Counted from the first letter of the stretch, positions 48,713-59,919 are shown. The stretch: DNA of 64,000 nt from Candidatus Poribacteria bacterium (GCA_965208675.1 OZ242351.1:4384001-4448000); one strand, 5' to 3'. Translations and numbers: made by a program. Notes: generated by a model not told the origin, from the sequence alone.

Positions 48713-50557
48713 TTACCAGATAACCGCTTTCGTGTCGGGGACGAAACGTGTTTTCTTAACTAGTTTTCCGGTTGGGGTGTTTTCATAGAGCGGGTATGCG
48801 ACACCTTTCGGATCGATGGACACGACATCCGAACCGCGAATAACCAATTTATAGGGGATTTCGCCAAGAACTCGATGTACAACGCGTTCTGGTACTGGGA
48901 ACTTGAGGGTAACTTGGTCGCCGCGATTCAACCAACCGACTTGTATATAGCGCCCATCTATGAGCGTTCGTCGTTCTTCGCCTCCGACGGCGGCGTGGAC
49001 ATCGTTTGGATTGCACCATTCGGGAATTCGCACGGCTACAGTAGGCGCATCCTTAATGTGCAGCACCACCTTCCCCTCTACAGGCAGGTAGCTATCCACA
49101 TCAAGCCACTGAGAGGCGCGGTTCAGCAGTAGATTGATTTTGACAAGCCCGTCCGTTTTTGTCACCATTTTGTCCCACACAGAGTAAAACGTGCGAGCGC
49201 CGTTAGCGGTGCAGCAGTGCATGATGCTTGATGCGTCTAATTTCGGGCCGTCGGGCGTCTGGTGGACTGTCAGCGCTTCGTTTGCGCGCATCCAACCAAA
49301 AAAGGAGCCGACGGAACGCTCGCGAATGTTATCGTCGTTCCGGTATTGGTGATTGTCGGGTTCGGCATTGTAGTAACTCTCCGGGATTCGATCGAACAGA
49401 CTCACATCGCAGAGTTGCCCGTTCGCATACACATTGCGTACCCACCGGTCTACATCGTCCCAATAATCGCCTAAACCTGCCTCGGTCAGGTAGAGCGCCA
49501 ACCAGACCATGTCCGCGACTTCGCATATTTCGACCGAGTTTCCGCGCCGGTCCAAATACCAATCTGTACCGGGTTGGGCTTCAGGGAAGAAACCGATGAG
49601 CGAATCTCCCATTTCGCGCGCGAAGCGATAACACGCATCTACACGTTCTAAAACCTCCCGATCGCCGGCGGCAACACCGTATTCACATACTGCCATCAAT
49701 GCGTAAAGCCCGTGGTGAAAGTGCCAGAATTTGTATTCACCGTCCGCACTGTTAAAGAGGCGAGCTAATGCCCACCGAGCTAATCCGCGCGATAATTCGA
49801 GCGCTGGTTCATATCCGGTTACGCGGTAGAAAAGCCCGGCGCCATGGCCTGTCGATCCTATGCAATAATATATGGTGAACAGATTGTCCTTACTGTATAA
49901 GCCGCCGCCTTCGCTACCCATCAAGCCAGGTTCATCTGCATCGGTTGGCGGCGATTGACCTGGTACGAATTGCGCTCTCCACAGGAATCGAAAATCACCT
50001 TTTTCCCGTGTGAGCGAAAGGAGGCGGTCGACTTTGCGTTTGCCAATCTCAATCCATCGCGGGTCGTCGTCAATTTGCGCGAGTGTCGATAGTGCGATGA
50101 GTTGCCTTCCTTCACCCCAAATCTCTGAGAACGGCGTCATTTCTCCACTTTCGGCCTCTGCGAAACTGGGGATTCCCATGGAAACGGTGTCGAAAATATC
50201 GGTTGGGCAGTAGGTCAGCCCATCCTCGCCGACGAAGCTCAGCTGTGCTCCAAGTACACCTTTATCGACTTCAAGGTTTTGTTTGTTGCCAGATGCTAGC
50301 CGGCACAACGCCAACGCTTCGATGAATTTTGGCGGTATATTCAGATAGACATCAATCAGGTGATTGACGAACAGGACGGCTGGTTTACGGGAGAAATCCA
50401 CGATAAACTTCAACCCCCATTTTGCTTGAGGGTCCCAAACGTTAGTCAATGCGGTAATGGCTAAGCCCATTCTGTCAGCTAGATCGAGTGTGTCCGGCAC
50501 CTCAACTTCGTAGCGTTCACCCAGCGTACATTTCGCCATTGGATTGTGATTGAGCAT
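48713..50557 (-). CDS. Glycoside hydrolase GH127-like (alpha/alpha)6 protein
   Basis: VEICEVADM, HCCTANG and VAVRIPEW motifs. Confidence 0.65.
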   Translation of the reverse strand: MLNHNPMAKCTLGERYEVEVPDTLDLADRMGLAITALTNVWDPQAKWGLKFIVDFSRKPAVLFVNHLIDVYLNIPPKFIEALALCRLASGNKQNLEVDKGVLGAQLSFVGEDGLTYCPTDIFDTVSMGIPSFAEAESGEMTPFSEIWGEGRQLIALSTLAQIDDDPRWIEIGKRKVDRLLSLTREKGDFRFLWRAQFVPGQSPPTDADEPGLMGSEGGGLYSKDNLFTIYYCIGSTGHGAGLFYRVTGYEPALELSRGLARWALARLFNSADGEYKFWHFHHGLYALMAVCEYGVAAGDREVLERVDACYRFAREMGDSLIGFFPEAQPGTDWYLDRRGNSVEICEVADMVWLALYLTEAGLGDYWDDVDRWVRNVYANGQLCDVSLFDRIPESYYNAEPDNHQYRNDDNIRERSVGSFFGWMRANEALTVHQTPDGPKLDASSIMHCCTANGARTFYSVWDKMVTKTDGLVKINLLLNRASQWLDVDSYLPVEGKVVLHIKDAPTVAVRIPEWCNPNDVHAAVGGEERRTLIDGRYIQVGWLNRGDQVTLKFPVPERVVHRVLGEIPYKLVIRGSDVVSIDPKGVAYPLYENTPTGKLVKKTRFVPDTKAVIW

Positions 50558-51207
50558 TTTATTTTATTCCCTTTCAGACAAAGAAATTTATGCGATTTAG
50601 AGGAGGTAATTTCAAGCTTGTTTGAAAAATGGGTGACAAAGCCATTCTTGTGCGTTTGAGTTCGTATAACCGGTGTAACATCTATCGCGCGGGATTTACT
50701 ATCGCCCTCGCTATTCGTTCGGTTGATTCTATTCAGTCGCTTGATCCCCGCCTATCGAGGGTAGTGGGGTAATATACGCCTGCCGCCACTCTTGGGCTTT
50801 GATGAATGCAGATACCATTAAAGAAACCGAGTTTTGAAGCTAAATACTCGGTTTCAAGTTTCATTATGCAAAATGTCAAGCAACTACTGGACCAGCCCAA
50901 ATATTTTATTCGTTTATTGTTTCTCGGTCAACAGAAATATTTCGAAGCGGGGTTTTGTTTCCGGGTTGAGAACACCGCCCTTATTGGCATTTTCAACGCA
51001 TATCTGGCGGCCATTCTACTTGATATGTTTGGCGTGGTGGTATATTATAGCTTCTGCGTTTGTGACTACGGATTTAGATGCCGCGATACGTAGAGGTCGC
51101 GATTCGGAGATTGTTCCTACGGCGCAAGGGCAGAGGCTGTAATAAGGAGATGTCTCCTACAATAGTTATTTTGACTGCAAAACAGTGAATATAATCCTCC
51201 TCTCGCA

Positions 51208-54078
51208 ATGATTCAGATTGATCATCCTCTCTTTTTCTTGTTCTTAGTTTCTGTTCCGCTAGTCTTAATTATCAACGGTTACACACGGGTTGAAGCCGCA
51301 CCATGGCGGCGATTTACGCTACTTGTGCTTCGAGTCGGAGGATTAGTGTGTCTGATTCTGGCAGCCGTCGGGTTACAACAGAAAAGCCGATCGGATATAC
51401 TTTCTGTGACGTTTCTCCTTGATGTATCTGGCAGCATCCCGTCTTCAAAACAGGCAGAGGGGATAGCTCGGATAAACGATGCCGTAAATGCGTTGAATCC
51501 CGAAGATGAGTTCAGTGTGATTCGTTTCGCAGCGCAAGCTACCATTGGTACACCAATGCAACGTCGATTGACTGCGCCGACTTTAACATCGGAATTTCTA
51601 TCGGACACAGGTATCGACGGTAACGCAACCGATATTGCCAGCGCTATTCAGTTGGGTATGGTAAACTTACCGGAGGCGCGGCAAACCCGATTTGTCTTGC
51701 TTAGCGACGGTTTACAGAATGTTAATGACGCAAATGAAATTTTGGATCTCGTGGAAGCAAGCGGGATAGAAATATTCACAATTCCTCTGAACGCTGAGCG
51801 GGAGAATGAAGTTTGGGTGCGAGATTTACAGGTGCCGCCGCGAGCCAAAGCCGATGCACACTTCCCAGTCCGTGCCATTGTCGAGAGCACGAGAGACACC
51901 CAGGCGACGGTGCGGCTGTATCATAACGACGTCCCCGTTTCAGCGGCGCATACGGTTCAACTTGAAGGCGGAAAACAGGTTATCGACAGTTTTTTACCAC
52001 AGCGAATCAGGGAAACGCGGAACCACGTGTATCGTGTCGACATCTCTTCGCCTATCGATCCAATTTCTGAAAACAACTCGGCTTACGGTTTAGTTGGTGT
52101 GTACGGGCGCCCGCGCATTTTGTATGTTGAAAGTAAAGCAGTACATGCCGCCAGGCTTAAAACGGTGCTTGAAAAAGACCATTTCAACGTTGACGTTACC
52201 GCGCCTTCCGGGTTTCCAACTGATTTGGCTCTCCTTCAAGGTTATGACGCAGTCATCCTGAGCAATGTCTCTGCGGATGAAATTCCACAACCGCAAATGG
52301 CTCTAATCGAAAGCTACGTCCGTGATATGGGCAAAGGGTTGGTGGTAATAGGCGGCGATCGCGCATTCGGCGTGGGCGGCTATCACGATACACCGCTGGA
52401 GCGCGTATTGCCTGTCGACATGACGCCAAAGCAGCGTAAAGAATCGGTCGCACTCATGCTCGTGGTTGATGCGTCTGGCAGCATGGAAGACTATGTGGGC
52501 GCCGACCAAAAGATTGAGTTGGCTATTGAAGGGGTTCGCGCCGCTGTTCGTGTGCTTGATGAAGAAGACCGCGTTGGGCTAATCGGGTTTGCGGAGAAAC
52601 CGCCGATTAAGACGTTCATCCCTCCCACGGATGAACACGAACGAATCAACCGAGGTGTTGGAAAGTTATACCCAAGCGGCGGTACGGAAATATATCCCGC
52701 GCTCGAAAGAGCACATGAAATTCTCAAGCAAATTGACGCGAAGCAGAAACACATCATCCTGTTGTCTGACGGTAAATCGGATGGTGCATTCACCCCTTTA
52801 GCGAGGCGGATAGCCGCCGATCAGATATCCGTAACAACAATCGCCATTGGCGACGCCGCCGGACAACAGTTAATGCAATCAATTGCTCGCGAGGGACAGG
52901 GGAATTACAAATACGTACGAAACGTGAGTCAACTACCGAAGGTGTTCGTGAACGCGGTGAGGCAGACTCAGAAGTACACGATCCAGCGATCGTTTCAACC
53001 AACCATCAGCGAGTTCGGCGGTCAAATTTTGGCGGAAATCGGCCGGCCTCCGAAGCTCTACGGGTATATTGCGACCTCGGGAAAGGAGCGTGCCCAGGTT
53101 TACATCCGCTCTCACGAAGAACACCCAATCTTGGCTGCATGGAATTACGGCTTGGGGAGAGCAGCCGCCTTTACTTCCGATTTGAAACCGGGTTGGGGCA
53201 GAGATTGGATTGAGTGGAAAAATTTTGGGAAGTTTTGGGGTCAAGTGGTCAGTTGGGTGTTGCCGCCCAACCATGGCGGCGGTGAGTTCGACCTCCACGT
53301 TTCCCACCGCGACGGCGAGGGAAAGGTTGTAGTTGATGACTTCGACGTGACGCGCTCGGTGCCGAATCATGAAAGAAGAGTTGGGGGCGTGTTAAGCAAC
53401 TCAGATGGGTTTGTCGGGCATGTTGCCCGACCGCGCGCCGGCGGAGAATCAATTGAGTTGCAACGCGTTTCGCCGACACGGTACGAAGGCAGTTTCACGA
53501 TTCGAGAACTCGGCGCATACCACGTTACCGTGCAGGAAAAGTTGAACGGCGCGCTCAAAAGTTCGCGGCGCGCAAATCTGATTGTTTCGTACCCGGCAGA
53601 ATTCGCTGAATTCAAGACCAATCGACAGTTGCTCGCTGAAATATCCGGGCGAACTGACGGAATTTTCGACCCGTCGCCAGACCAGATTCTGGAGCGTTCC
53701 GATAAAGGGATAGAACATCTGAAGCCGCTATCGGGCGTTTTGCTGGCGGCGAGCGTTGTGTTGTTTGTCGTTGAGATGATACTCCGCCGCTTGACAATTG
53801 CAAGCGGCTACTTATCTGAACTTCGGGCGCAGTTGCATGTGTTTCGCCGGCGAGACCGCGATTCGTTGTCACCAACACTCTCCCGTCTGAGTGAGACAAA
53901 GTCCGTTCTACGCCAGCCAACTAAAACGGGCGCATTTCAACAAGGGCAGGTTTCGGCAGATGTAGCTTTAACGCAACAGGCATCTGCAGGTGCGAGTGTT
54001 CACTCACGGGTTGAAGGCGGCGGGACGGGACGTTTGCTAGCGGCAAAACGACGTGCGAGGTCAGGCAGCGTGACGTAA
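51208..54078 (+). CDS. Membrane protein with two VWA domains and a class I GATase-like domain
   Basis: DVSGS and DASGS MIDAS motifs; LLSDG twice; GLVVIGG; YGLGRAAAFTSD. Confidence 0.88.
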   Translation: MIQIDHPLFFLFLVSVPLVLIINGYTRVEAAPWRRFTLLVLRVGGLVCLILAAVGLQQKSRSDILSVTFLLDVSGSIPSSKQAEGIARINDAVNALNPEDEFSVIRFAAQATIGTPMQRRLTAPTLTSEFLSDTGIDGNATDIASAIQLGMVNLPEARQTRFVLLSDGLQNVNDANEILDLVEASGIEIFTIPLNAERENEVWVRDLQVPPRAKADAHFPVRAIVESTRDTQATVRLYHNDVPVSAAHTVQLEGGKQVIDSFLPQRIRETRNHVYRVDISSPIDPISENNSAYGLVGVYGRPRILYVESKAVHAARLKTVLEKDHFNVDVTAPSGFPTDLALLQGYDAVILSNVSADEIPQPQMALIESYVRDMGKGLVVIGGDRAFGVGGYHDTPLERVLPVDMTPKQRKESVALMLVVDASGSMEDYVGADQKIELAIEGVRAAVRVLDEEDRVGLIGFAEKPPIKTFIPPTDEHERINRGVGKLYPSGGTEIYPALERAHEILKQIDAKQKHIILLSDGKSDGAFTPLARRIAADQISVTTIAIGDAAGQQLMQSIAREGQGNYKYVRNVSQLPKVFVNAVRQTQKYTIQRSFQPTISEFGGQILAEIGRPPKLYGYIATSGKERAQVYIRSHEEHPILAAWNYGLGRAAAFTSDLKPGWGRDWIEWKNFGKFWGQVVSWVLPPNHGGGEFDLHVSHRDGEGKVVVDDFDVTRSVPNHERRVGGVLSNSDGFVGHVARPRAGGESIELQRVSPTRYEGSFTIRELGAYHVTVQEKLNGALKSSRRANLIVSYPAEFAEFKTNRQLLAEISGRTDGIFDPSPDQILERSDKGIEHLKPLSGVLLAASVVLFVVEMILRRLTIASGYLSELRAQLHVFRRRDRDSLSPTLSRLSETKSVLRQPTKTGAFQQGQVSADVALTQQASAGASVHSRVEGGGTGRLLAAKRRARSGSVT

Positions 54079-54145
54079 CATGTTTGTCTACAAGTTAGGT
54101 GGCTTGGATTAGGTAACATAAAACCTCCGCATAAAAATACTTGTC

Positions 54146-55549
54146 ATGTCCGATTGTTTTGTTCAACGTGTAACCTGCTATATCCGAGAACATCAAATGA
54201 TTCAACCGGGGGAAATTGTATTGGTGGGCGTCTCCGGCGGCGTAGATTCGCTTTCACTGCTGTATTGCTTGCACGAATTACGGCATGAAATCAACTGTTT
54301 TCTCCACGTCGCACATTTAGACCACGGCATTCGTCCTGATTCGGCTGCGGACGCGGCGTTTGTTTGCAAACATGCGAATCGGCTGAATTTGGAAATTTCC
54401 GTCGAAAGCGTGGACGTGCCGCAAATGATGAGGCATCAAAAACTCTCAGTAGAGACGGCAGCTCGAAACGCACGGTTCAGTTTCTACGAAGGTGTTTCTG
54501 AACAGATTGGCGCGACGAAGGTTGCACTGGGGCATCATCGCGGCGATCAATCGGAAACTGTTCTAATGCGCTTATTGCGCGGCGCCGGTTCGATTGGCCT
54601 CAGAGGCATGCTTCCGGTTCGAGACGGAAAGTTCATCCGCCCGTTTCTCAATTTTTCGCGGGAAGAGATTGAAGCGTTCGCAGCGGAACTCGGCCTGCAA
54701 CCGCGGCGGGATTCGACAAACTATGATCCGAATAACCTTCGTAACCGCATCCGTTTAGAGTTGATTCCGTTGTTAGAACAGTCCTATAATCCGAATCTTC
54801 AAAACACGGTAAACCAAACTGCGGAGTTGCTGCGCGTTGAGTCAAACTACTTAGAGGGGATTGCTCGAGATGCTTTTCAAACGTGCCGCGAAAGCCCTGA
54901 TGTGACTGATGTTGTTGTGTTGAATCGCCAGACCTTCCTTAGATACCATCTCGCCGTGCGTCAACGCATCTTGCGCTGTGCTATCGGGGAAATTTCGGGT
55001 AATTTGAGGCGATTTTATTTTAATCACTTTGCGGCGATGTTAAAATTGATTGAGGGGGAATCGCCCAATGCTTCATTGGATTTACCCGGTAATCTGCGAC
55101 TGCAACGCGCATATAATCAGCTAATTTTTCAAAAATCAGTATATGCTCCTAACGAGTTTGAATATGAGGTGGCTGTGCCGGGTTCGACAGATTTGCCGCT
55201 GTTAAAGGCACGAATGATTGCTACCGTTGGGGCGTCCCAACCTGCGAAATTACCTGATGGCAAATTACGGGCGGTGTTCGATTCTCTCCAATCTCCGCTT
55301 AAACTACGCAACCGACGGGCAGGCGATCGATTTCAACCATTTGGTATGCAGGGCACCAAAAAGGTTAAGGATTTTCTTATTGATTCGAAAGTTCCCCGCC
55401 AAGAGCGATACCGAGTTCCAATTCTTGTGAGCGGCGAGGAAATCGCGTGGGTTGTGGGACATCGGACGAGTGAGCGGTTTAAGGTCGGAGATGGGACAAA
55501 GCGTTGCGTCTATCTAGCTTATACGCCGTACGATAAGTTGGCGGATTGA
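54146..55549 (+). CDS. tilS: tRNA(Ile)-lysidine synthetase
   Basis: SGGVDS PP-loop; HLDHG; GHHRGDQSET; RNRIR. Confidence 0.96.
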   Translation: MSDCFVQRVTCYIREHQMIQPGEIVLVGVSGGVDSLSLLYCLHELRHEINCFLHVAHLDHGIRPDSAADAAFVCKHANRLNLEISVESVDVPQMMRHQKLSVETAARNARFSFYEGVSEQIGATKVALGHHRGDQSETVLMRLLRGAGSIGLRGMLPVRDGKFIRPFLNFSREEIEAFAAELGLQPRRDSTNYDPNNLRNRIRLELIPLLEQSYNPNLQNTVNQTAELLRVESNYLEGIARDAFQTCRESPDVTDVVVLNRQTFLRYHLAVRQRILRCAIGEISGNLRRFYFNHFAAMLKLIEGESPNASLDLPGNLRLQRAYNQLIFQKSVYAPNEFEYEVAVPGSTDLPLLKARMIATVGASQPAKLPDGKLRAVFDSLQSPLKLRNRRAGDRFQPFGMQGTKKVKDFLIDSKVPRQERYRVPILVSGEEIAWVVGHRTSERFKVGDGTKRCVYLAYTPYDKLAD

Positions 55550-55553
55550 ACAA

Positions 55554-56135
55554 TTGCCGACCGAGATGTCTGCACAAATGTATGTCCGAACAAAAGAAAT
55601 GCCAACAGCAAAAAAATCTCAGACGCAATCAATTTTAATCACCGAATCACAAATTCGCGGACGAGTCCGTGAATTAGGGAGGGAAATTTCCGGCGATTAC
55701 GCCAATTGCGACCTTGTGCTTCTCGGCGTACTCAAAGGCGGCGTTGTGTTCTTTTCCGATCTCATGCGTGCCATTTCTATTCCCGTCCGGTGTGAATTTG
55801 TCCAAATTGAGAGTTACGGTGCTAACAGTGTTTCATCGGAGAATGTCCAAGTCATCCACAGCATTAAAGGAGATCTTCGCAAAGCAGATGTTCTCGTGGT
55901 GGAGGACATTGTTGATACCGGACATTCATTGAACTTTCTCATGAAATATGTCAGTACGCTGCAACCAGCGAGCATAAGGGTGTGTAGTTTGCTCGACAAG
56001 CCCGGGCGGCGGGTGGTTCCGGCTTCCATTGACTATGTGGGATTTGAAATTGATGATGTTTTTGTAATCGGTTACGGTTTGGATTATAATCAGCAGTACC
56101 GCAATCTTCCGTACGTTGCGGTGTGCGATGATTGA
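55554..56135 (+). CDS. hpt: Hypoxanthine phosphoribosyltransferase
   Basis: VLKGG, VLVVEDIVDTG and GYGLDY motifs; follows tilS; true start may be further downstream. Confidence 0.95.
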   Translation: MPTEMSAQMYVRTKEMPTAKKSQTQSILITESQIRGRVRELGREISGDYANCDLVLLGVLKGGVVFFSDLMRAISIPVRCEFVQIESYGANSVSSENVQVIHSIKGDLRKADVLVVEDIVDTGHSLNFLMKYVSTLQPASIRVCSLLDKPGRRVVPASIDYVGFEIDDVFVIGYGLDYNQQYRNLPYVAVCDD

Positions 56136-56297
56136 AAATAGTGCTCCGAGACTGCTCATTTACAACCATCTTGCCGGTGATTTCAGAATGGCTAATCAGC
56201 GGCAATCGGATTAGTTTTTCGTTGACAGCGCATAAACCTACTGATAATATACTGACCGTTATTTTGCATTCATAAACTTCCAAAATGTCAAGAGGAG

Positions 56298-57074
56298 ATG
56301 CTAATGCGTAATGTTAAAGGTGTTGTAATAGTTACAATCTTGATTCTCCCGCTCGTAGCGGTGGCAAGCGCGGAGATGTCCGAAAAAGCTCAAATGGGCC
56401 GTGAACTATTTTACGACCCCTCGTTCGGCGGCACACTCGAACCTCAAAAAGTTAGCGGCCTAGCTTGCGCACATTGCCACGCTGATTTTGATGAAGACGC
56501 GAACCCTGACGGAAAAATTCGGGCGGGACACAGCATAATAGGCGTGCCGCACCGCGGCGAGGCGAAAGGCGGGATGATTAAGGCGGATATATTCCGGCGC
56601 GCTGCGGGCGGCGGCGGGTTCTGCTATCAGCATTTCTTACAGCGGATTCCCGAAGATAAGGTCGATCCTATTGCCATCCCGGAGGAACAAGCAGAAGCCT
56701 TGATGGCTTATTTTGAACATGTTTCCGGGGATAACAAGGGGCCGGAATTCGAAATAAAGATGCTTGACAGAGAGGCTGCAGCCGAGGCGGCCGAGAAGAT
56801 TCTGGCGATGAAGGGTGACCCGAAGGAGGGTTGGAAACTCTTCAGCAGAGCTTGTAACGATTGCCATCCAACGGCTAAAAAAGCGGGCATCGGCACGCAG
56901 CTTGTGCGGAGAAGACCGCCTTCCAACATGAAAAAATGGAAGGTCAACATCGCTGCAAAGGTCCGCGGCGGCGGCTTTATTATGCCATTCTACGGTGAAG
57001 ATCGGTTGTCCGACCGAGACATCTCTGATATTGTGGCGTTTCTGGAAAAGTTAGTTACTGAAAAGAAGAGATAA
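56298..57074 (+). CDS. Periplasmic dihaem cytochrome c
   Basis: Signal peptide; CAHCH and CNDCH haem motifs; distal FC and MP candidate ligands. Confidence 0.9.
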   Translation: MLMRNVKGVVIVTILILPLVAVASAEMSEKAQMGRELFYDPSFGGTLEPQKVSGLACAHCHADFDEDANPDGKIRAGHSIIGVPHRGEAKGGMIKADIFRRAAGGGGFCYQHFLQRIPEDKVDPIAIPEEQAEALMAYFEHVSGDNKGPEFEIKMLDREAAAEAAEKILAMKGDPKEGWKLFSRACNDCHPTAKKAGIGTQLVRRRPPSNMKKWKVNIAAKVRGGGFIMPFYGEDRLSDRDISDIVAFLEKLVTEKKR

Positions 57075-57558
57075 ACGCATTAATACGCTGCTCTACTTAG
57101 AGCCTGTTTGAATAATAGGTAACAACGCCATTCTTGGGCGTTTCGGTTAGTTTCACTGGTGGAAATTCTATAACGCGAGCACGGGATTCACTATCGCCTT
57201 CGCTATTCGAAAAGTTGATCCTATTGGGGCGCTTGATTCCGCCAAATACCTTTCTCCAGCATTGGGCGGGGCAAGATGCCCCGCCTACGGAGGGTAGTGG
57301 CGTACTATACGCCTGCCGGCCCTCTGGTGCTGTATAAAATGAATTTTCAAACAAGTTTTTATTGTTGTGCGATTCGGGTTTCGCACAATCGGGGCGATGA
57401 TAGTAGTTCTCGGCTAAGCGCAACTGGAAATCTGTTAAATTACCACCTGCATTCCCTACGCCGCTACCTAAAATAGAAACGCCTGCCGCGGGCAGCATTA
57501 TGCCGCGGATTCCGCACCAGCTCAATGTGCTAAATACAGCGGCGCTGACCCCGCCCGT

Positions 57559-58485
57559 TCAATAACCGAGCAGACTGATGCCATCGCGGTAAGTTTGAGC
57601 GGATTTATGCAAAGCCTGAAGTTCGTCGTCAGTCAGTTTGATTTCGATGATTTCTTCAACGCCGCCAGCACCTAATTTAATTGGAACACCGATATACAGG
57701 TCGTTGATGCCGTACTGCCCGGTGAGATGAGCCGAGCAGGCTAAGATTCGCTTTTTGTCGCGCACAATCGCTTCTGCCATTTGAGCGAGGGAGGCGCCCG
57801 CGGCATAGTAACCGCTCGTTTTGAGGAGTTGGACTACTTCTGCACCGCCGTCACGCGTGCGTTGTGCAAGCGCTTCAATCCGATCAGCGGACATAAGCTG
57901 TGTTATTGGTATCCCCGCAACCGTTGTGTAACGCGGCAGGGGTACCATGGTATCGCCATGTCCACCCAGTACAAATCCGGAAATATCTTCGACAGAAACG
58001 CCGAGCTCGATCGCAATAAAATAGTGAAATCTTGCAGAGTCAAGCACGCCCGCTTGTCCAACGACACGGTCGGACGGAAAGCCGGAAACCTTCCACGCGT
58101 GATAAGTCATGATGTCCAGTGGGTTCGTTAAAATTACAATTGTGCAGTTGGGAGAATGCTTCACCGCGTTTTCAGTCGCTGTTTTAACGATGTTTGCGTT
58201 AATATGCAAAAGATCTTCGCGGCTCATGCCGGGCTTACGCGGCGAGCCGGAGGTAATGATGACTAGATCTGAACCCGCGGTCGGTTCGTAATCCAACGAC
58301 CCCGTTACGTTGGCGTCAAAATTTTCGACTGGCGAGGCTTCTGCCATGTCCAAGCCTTTTCCCTGGGGAAGGCCGTCAACGATATCAACCATGACGACAT
58401 CGCCGAGCTCCTTCTGGGCGATGAGAAATGCTGCCGTCGCTCCGACATTTCCTGCACCTATGACACTGATTTTTTTTCTAGACAT
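57559..58485 (-). CDS. mdh: Malate dehydrogenase (LDH-like)
   Basis: GAGNVG, PRKPGMSREDL, LDSAR and GGHGD motifs. Confidence 0.96.
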   Translation of the reverse strand: MSRKKISVIGAGNVGATAAFLIAQKELGDVVMVDIVDGLPQGKGLDMAEASPVENFDANVTGSLDYEPTAGSDLVIITSGSPRKPGMSREDLLHINANIVKTATENAVKHSPNCTIVILTNPLDIMTYHAWKVSGFPSDRVVGQAGVLDSARFHYFIAIELGVSVEDISGFVLGGHGDTMVPLPRYTTVAGIPITQLMSADRIEALAQRTRDGGAEVVQLLKTSGYYAAGASLAQMAEAIVRDKKRILACSAHLTGQYGINDLYIGVPIKLGAGGVEEIIEIKLTDDELQALHKSAQTYRDGISLLGY

Positions 58486-58582
58486 TTTTTACTCCTCTGT
58501 TCTGAAGCGTGCTTTCACCGATGGACTTCCTGTTGCGGCAAACGAGTCTAGGACGTGCTTTTGCCTGACAACGCCAATCGTC

Positions 58583-59833
58583 CTAATTTGAAAAATTCTC
58601 GATTATCGCAGATGCGAAGGCGGAGGTGCGAATTGATGTCGCGCTGTCCATTAAACGCGCGAGGTCATAAGTCACGCGCTTTTGGATGATTGTCTTTTCA
58701 ATTCCTTGAATAGCGAGATTTGCAGCTTCCTGCCATCCGATGTGCTCAAGCATCATCACCGCGGAGAGGATGAGTGAACTCGGATTTACGACATCTTTAT
58801 CCGTATATTTGGGGGCAGTACCGTGCGTCGCTTCAAAAAGCGCGGCGTCTGCACCGATATTGCCGCCCGGCGCCATTCCAATGCCGCCGACTTGGGCTGC
58901 ACAAGCATCTGAGAGGTAATCCCCATTCAGATTCGGTGTAGCGATGACATCGTACTCGTCGGTGCGCGTCAGAATCTGTTGCAGCATACTATCCGCAATT
59001 CGGTCTTTAATAACAACCTTTCCTTCGGGCGCGTGTCCGTTGTGTTGACTGTAGACCTCATCTTCCGTAATTGTCTCATCCGGAAACTCTTCGTTGGCCA
59101 CTTCATAGCCCCAATCTCGGAAAGCCCCTTCAGTGAATTTCATGATGTTACCTTTATGAACCAAAGTGACGTTGCGGCGGTTGTGTTGAATCGCGTATTG
59201 AATTGCCATTCGCACCAAACGCTTAGTTCCGAAAATACTGATTGGCTTAATGCCGATGCCTGAATCGGTGCGAACGTCTGTATCCATCTGCGATCGGAGA
59301 AATTCAATGACGTTGCCCGCCTCCGGCGTGCCTTGCGCCCACTCGATTCCAGCGTAGACATCTTCCGTGTTCTCACGAAAGATGACAACGTCCATTTTTT
59401 CAGGGTGAGTTACCGGTGCGGGCACGCCTTGAAAATAGCGTACGGGTCGCACGCAGGCATACAAATCCAACTTTTGGCGGAGCGTCACATTTAAGCTCCG
59501 AAAACCACCACCAACTGGTGTAGTCAGGGGACCTTTCAATGCAACGCGGAAATAATCTATAGCTTTAAAGGTATCCGCAGGTAACCATTCCCCATATTTC
59601 TCATTGGCGATTTCGCCGGCGTAAACATCAAACCATACAAACCTTCTATCACTCCCGTAAGATGCTTCTACGGCAGCATCAATGACCCGGCGTGTGGCTT
59701 TCATGATGTCGCGGCCAATGCCATCCCCTTCGATTACCGGAGTGATTGGATAATTTGGCACAACCAGCGCGCCATTTTCTTTTTCGATCCGCTCACCATT
59801 CGTCGGTGGTGTGAGATTATCAAATTCGATCAC
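58583..59833 (-). CDS. icd: Isocitrate dehydrogenase (NADP, dimeric type)
   Basis: [30 protein letters not shown] and EATHGTAP motifs. Confidence 0.97.
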   Translation of the reverse strand: MIEFDNLTPPTNGERIEKENGALVVPNYPITPVIEGDGIGRDIMKATRRVIDAAVEASYGSDRRFVWFDVYAGEIANEKYGEWLPADTFKAIDYFRVALKGPLTTPVGGGFRSLNVTLRQKLDLYACVRPVRYFQGVPAPVTHPEKMDVVIFRENTEDVYAGIEWAQGTPEAGNVIEFLRSQMDTDVRTDSGIGIKPISIFGTKRLVRMAIQYAIQHNRRNVTLVHKGNIMKFTEGAFRDWGYEVANEEFPDETITEDEVYSQHNGHAPEGKVVIKDRIADSMLQQILTRTDEYDVIATPNLNGDYLSDACAAQVGGIGMAPGGNIGADAALFEATHGTAPKYTDKDVVNPSSLILSAVMMLEHIGWQEAANLAIQGIEKTIIQKRVTYDLARLMDSATSIRTSAFASAIIENFSN

Positions 59834-59919
59834 TTGTCCTCCTCATTTTACGTGTTTATGGACTTGGAGAATTTTTGTTCAGGATAGTTTCGGTGTTCTC
59901 TTAAGAAAAGCGGCGTATA

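Noticed and set aside
54146-56135. tilS-hpt not followed by ftsH
   Set aside because: A common synteny break that says nothing without the rest of the genome.
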